DNA of 64,000 nucleotides, taken from Stegostoma tigrinum (lineage: Eukaryota). Each line of letters opens with the position of its first letter. Within the stretch, counting starts at the first letter, position 1. The translations under genes and the position numbers were made by a program. The DNA lies in the NCBI RefSeq assembly GCF_030684315.1, contig NC_081372.1, positions 1,367,920 to 1,431,919 of the forward strand, read 5' to 3'. Positions 61,230 through 64,000 of this stretch are shown one piece after another. Below the pieces are notes generated by a model. That model ran no database searches, was not told where the DNA came from, and saw nothing but the letters and a program-made list of their open reading frames with translations.

Positions 61230-63499
61230 CTAGACAGAGAAAGACAGTGATTAAAGAACACCACAACTGATTACTAGCCCATTCTTCTTCCCCCAGTGCT
61301 GTGTGTTATACAGTCATACAGCATGGAAGCAAACCCTTTGGTCCAACGAACCCTCTTGCCTGTGTTTGGCCATATGCACCCCCCCCCCCCCCCCCCCCTT
61401 TCCTAGTCACGCAGTTATCAAATGTCTTTTAAATGTTGCAACTGGACCTGCGTCCACAACTTCCTCTGGCAGTTCATTCCGTGTACTAATCATTATCCTT
61501 TTTAAAACGTTTTCCTCTCACCTTAAAAATATTACCCCGAGTTTTGAAAGCACCCCCCCCCCCCCACCACCACCACCACTTCAGCAAAAGACTCTGCTCT
61601 TCACCTTATCTATGCCTCTCATTTTTATAAATGTCTATAAGATCACCCCTTAATCTTATTCAGCCATTGACATCAATTCCTGTTTTAACAAAATTGGAAC
61701 TACAACTGACAAGATTCCTCCAATCCCTTGCCTTCAACTCTGCTGTTGGTTGGTTTACCATGTTATCTGACAGCTCCTCATCTGGAGCAAAGAAATAACT
61801 ATTTAGAAGATCCATCTCATTTTATGCTGCAATTTCAGCAATTACTATGATTCTAGTTTGTTCAGCCCCATTTATGTTGACAACGATTTTCAAAACCTAA
61901 TGTCAACATAGAACATTACAGCACAGTACAGGCCCTTCAGCCCTCGATGTTGTGCCGACCTGTCATACTGATCTCAAGCCCATCTAACCTACACTATTCC
62001 ATGTACGTCCATATGCTTATCCAATGATGACTTAAATGTACCTAAAGTTGGCAAATCTACTACCGTTGCAGGCAAAGCGTTCCATTCCCTTACTACTCTC
62101 CGAGTAAAGTGTAATATATAGAATTTTGAACTGGTATCAAACAATTTTTAGTTTTAACCCACAGCAGACAGCAAACAAGTCACTTACATCCCTCCGACTC
62201 ATTCCCACAGAGAATATGGGAATGTAACTTGATTAGCAATCCAGAGGTTAAAGTTCTGATGACCTAGATTCAAATTCACACAATGGCACAGCCTTGATTG
62301 ACAAAAGCTCAGAACTGAAAACTAGCGTCAGGAATGGTAACCATGAAATACTTTTAAATGTTGTGTTTCATGATGTAGGTATGGTTGGCTGGCCAGCATT
62401 TATTGTCAACCCTAACTGCCCTGGAAGAAGGGATGGCAAGTGCCTTCTTGACCAGTTACAGGCCTTGAGTTGTAGGTGCACCGACAGTGCAGTTAAGAAC
62501 AGATTTGCAGAATTTCAACCCAGCGACACCAAAGGAACAGTGATATATTTCCAAGTCCCAAGTGGAGTGGATGTTGGAGCTGCTGCTCTTGCCCTAGGTG
62601 GGAGACATCATGCATGACAGATGTTGTCTAAGAAGCCATATGAGTTATTGCACTGCATCTTCTAGATGTTCACTGCTGCTACTGTGTATTGGTGAAGGGT
62701 GTGAATGTTGAAAGTGTTAGATGGGATGCCAATAAAGTGGACTACTTTGTCCTGAGTGGTATTAAACTTCTCACATAAGGAGCACTCATTCAGGTGAGTG
62801 GGTAGTACTACATCACATTTCTGATGCATGCCTTGTAGATAATGGTAGGCATTAGGGAGATGAGTTATTTGCCAGAATTCCTAGCTTCTGACCTGCTGTG
62901 TAGCCACAATATTTATATGTCTGATCCAGTTCAGCTTCTGATCAGTGTTAACCCCTCAGGATATTGGAGATTCGGCATTGGAAATGCCATTGAACATCAA
63001 GGGACAGAGGTTAGACTCTCTTGCTGAAGATAGTCATTGTCTGGTGTGATTGTTACTTTGTTGATGGTAAATGGGACTAAATTAAGTTAGGATATCTGGT
63101 CCGTATTGGATGAGTTGGACTGAAGGATCTGTTGCTATGCTGTACAGCTCTATGACTGTAATGGTCAGCTCCAAACTCGATGTTGTCCAGGTCTTGTTGC
63201 ATTTGGACACGGATTACTTCAGTACCTGAGGAGTTACAAATGGTGCCGAAAATTGCATAATCGACAAACATCCCCAATTCTGACCTTACGATGAAGCAGT
63301 TGGTAATGATGACTGGGCTTGGGACACAAAACCCTGAAGAACCAGGGAACAGTGGAAATATCGGTACCCGAGAGCCACGAGTCCTGGGTTCAAGTCCCAC
63401 CTGTTCTAGGGGTGATTCATAACAAAAACACCTGAAGAACGGCTGCATGATGCCCAAGAGCCGAGACCAAAGCCATCTTCCCCTCTCGGTCAGACAGGG

Positions 63500-64000
63500 C
63501 CTCGATGGCGAGGTCGGTTACTCTTGGACAAACTGTAACGAGGTGAGGAGCCGGATGAACTCTGAGAGTGCAGCTGTATCAGCAGCGTGTAACACCACGG
63601 CAGAGCCAGGCCGGAGTGTTGTCAGGGCCCTCACTCTAATAAGCTCCTGGTCCTCTTTCCCGTTCCCTCTGCCCGCCGCTTACCCCCGCAACCCCCCTGT
63701 CCGGCTCCTCCCGCCGCCTGGGGCCTCACTCACCGTCAACCCCGCACTCGGACTCGGCGTCGGCCCTGGCCCCTCAGACAACCATCTCACCTTCGACCAC
63801 CCGCCCCTCCCCCACGGGAAGTTGCGTGCCAGCCCGGGCCGGAAGTGCGTGTGGAGCAGTCACGTGCCTGTCCACGGGTCATCAACCCGGAAGAGCGCGG
63901 TGTGGTGGGGAGGCCGTGCAGTCTGTGCGAGCAGAAGTCGGGGTGACCGGGCCTGGAGGAACACGGCAGGTCAGGGAATGGCCAGGCGCCGCTCTTCGCA
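63500..64000. promoter_or_regulatory. CpG-island promoter, likely bidirectional (ROMO1 non-coding exon 1 on the minus strand)
   Basis: CpG-rich; ETS CCGGAAGT ~63839 and CCGGAAG ~63887; E-box CACGTG at 63861; GC box; minus-strand donors after 63791, 63734 and 63684; plus-strand donor CAG|GTCAGG after 63969. Confidence 0.75.

Noticed and set aside
60976-61565. G and C homopolymer runs around the ROMO1 coding exon
   Set aside because: Simple homopolymers, partly inside a LINE fragment; their lengths are unreliable.
57286-63500. Intronic snoRNA or ERGIC3 exon 10
   Set aside because: No properly spaced C/D box pair and no MMFQYF-coding segment found by eye.

Overview
Vertebrate genomic DNA, very probably from an elasmobranch (shark): it carries HE1/V-SINE-like SINEs, dense CR1-group LINEs and Penelope-like retroelements. 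Three protein-coding genes can be rebuilt by hand from splice signals. (1) A complete 7-exon CYC1 (cytochrome c1, + strand, CDS 17001-33605, 305 aa). (2) The 5' part of ERGIC3 (+ strand, exons 1-9 plus a 15-nt microexon, 38614-57285; its last exons are not in the window). (3) A complete ROMO1 CDS (- strand, 61229-60035, 79 aa, absent from the ORF track). ROMO1 lies downstream of ERGIC3 exon 9, so it is apparently nested antisense in an ERGIC3 intron, and it is driven by a CpG-island promoter at the right edge. Notable non-genic structure: minimal hammerhead-ribozyme motifs in several Penelope-derived palindromic insertions with target-site duplications (TSDs); a twin-priming-like inverted Penelope copy; a duplicated start-codon/YY1 module and a 32-bp minisatellite at the CYC1 promoter; and an ERGIC3 promoter flanked by a ~40-copy TGTAAATA minisatellite and a ~1-kb G-run array. 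All calls come from reading the sequence; no searches were run, and repeat boundaries are approximate.
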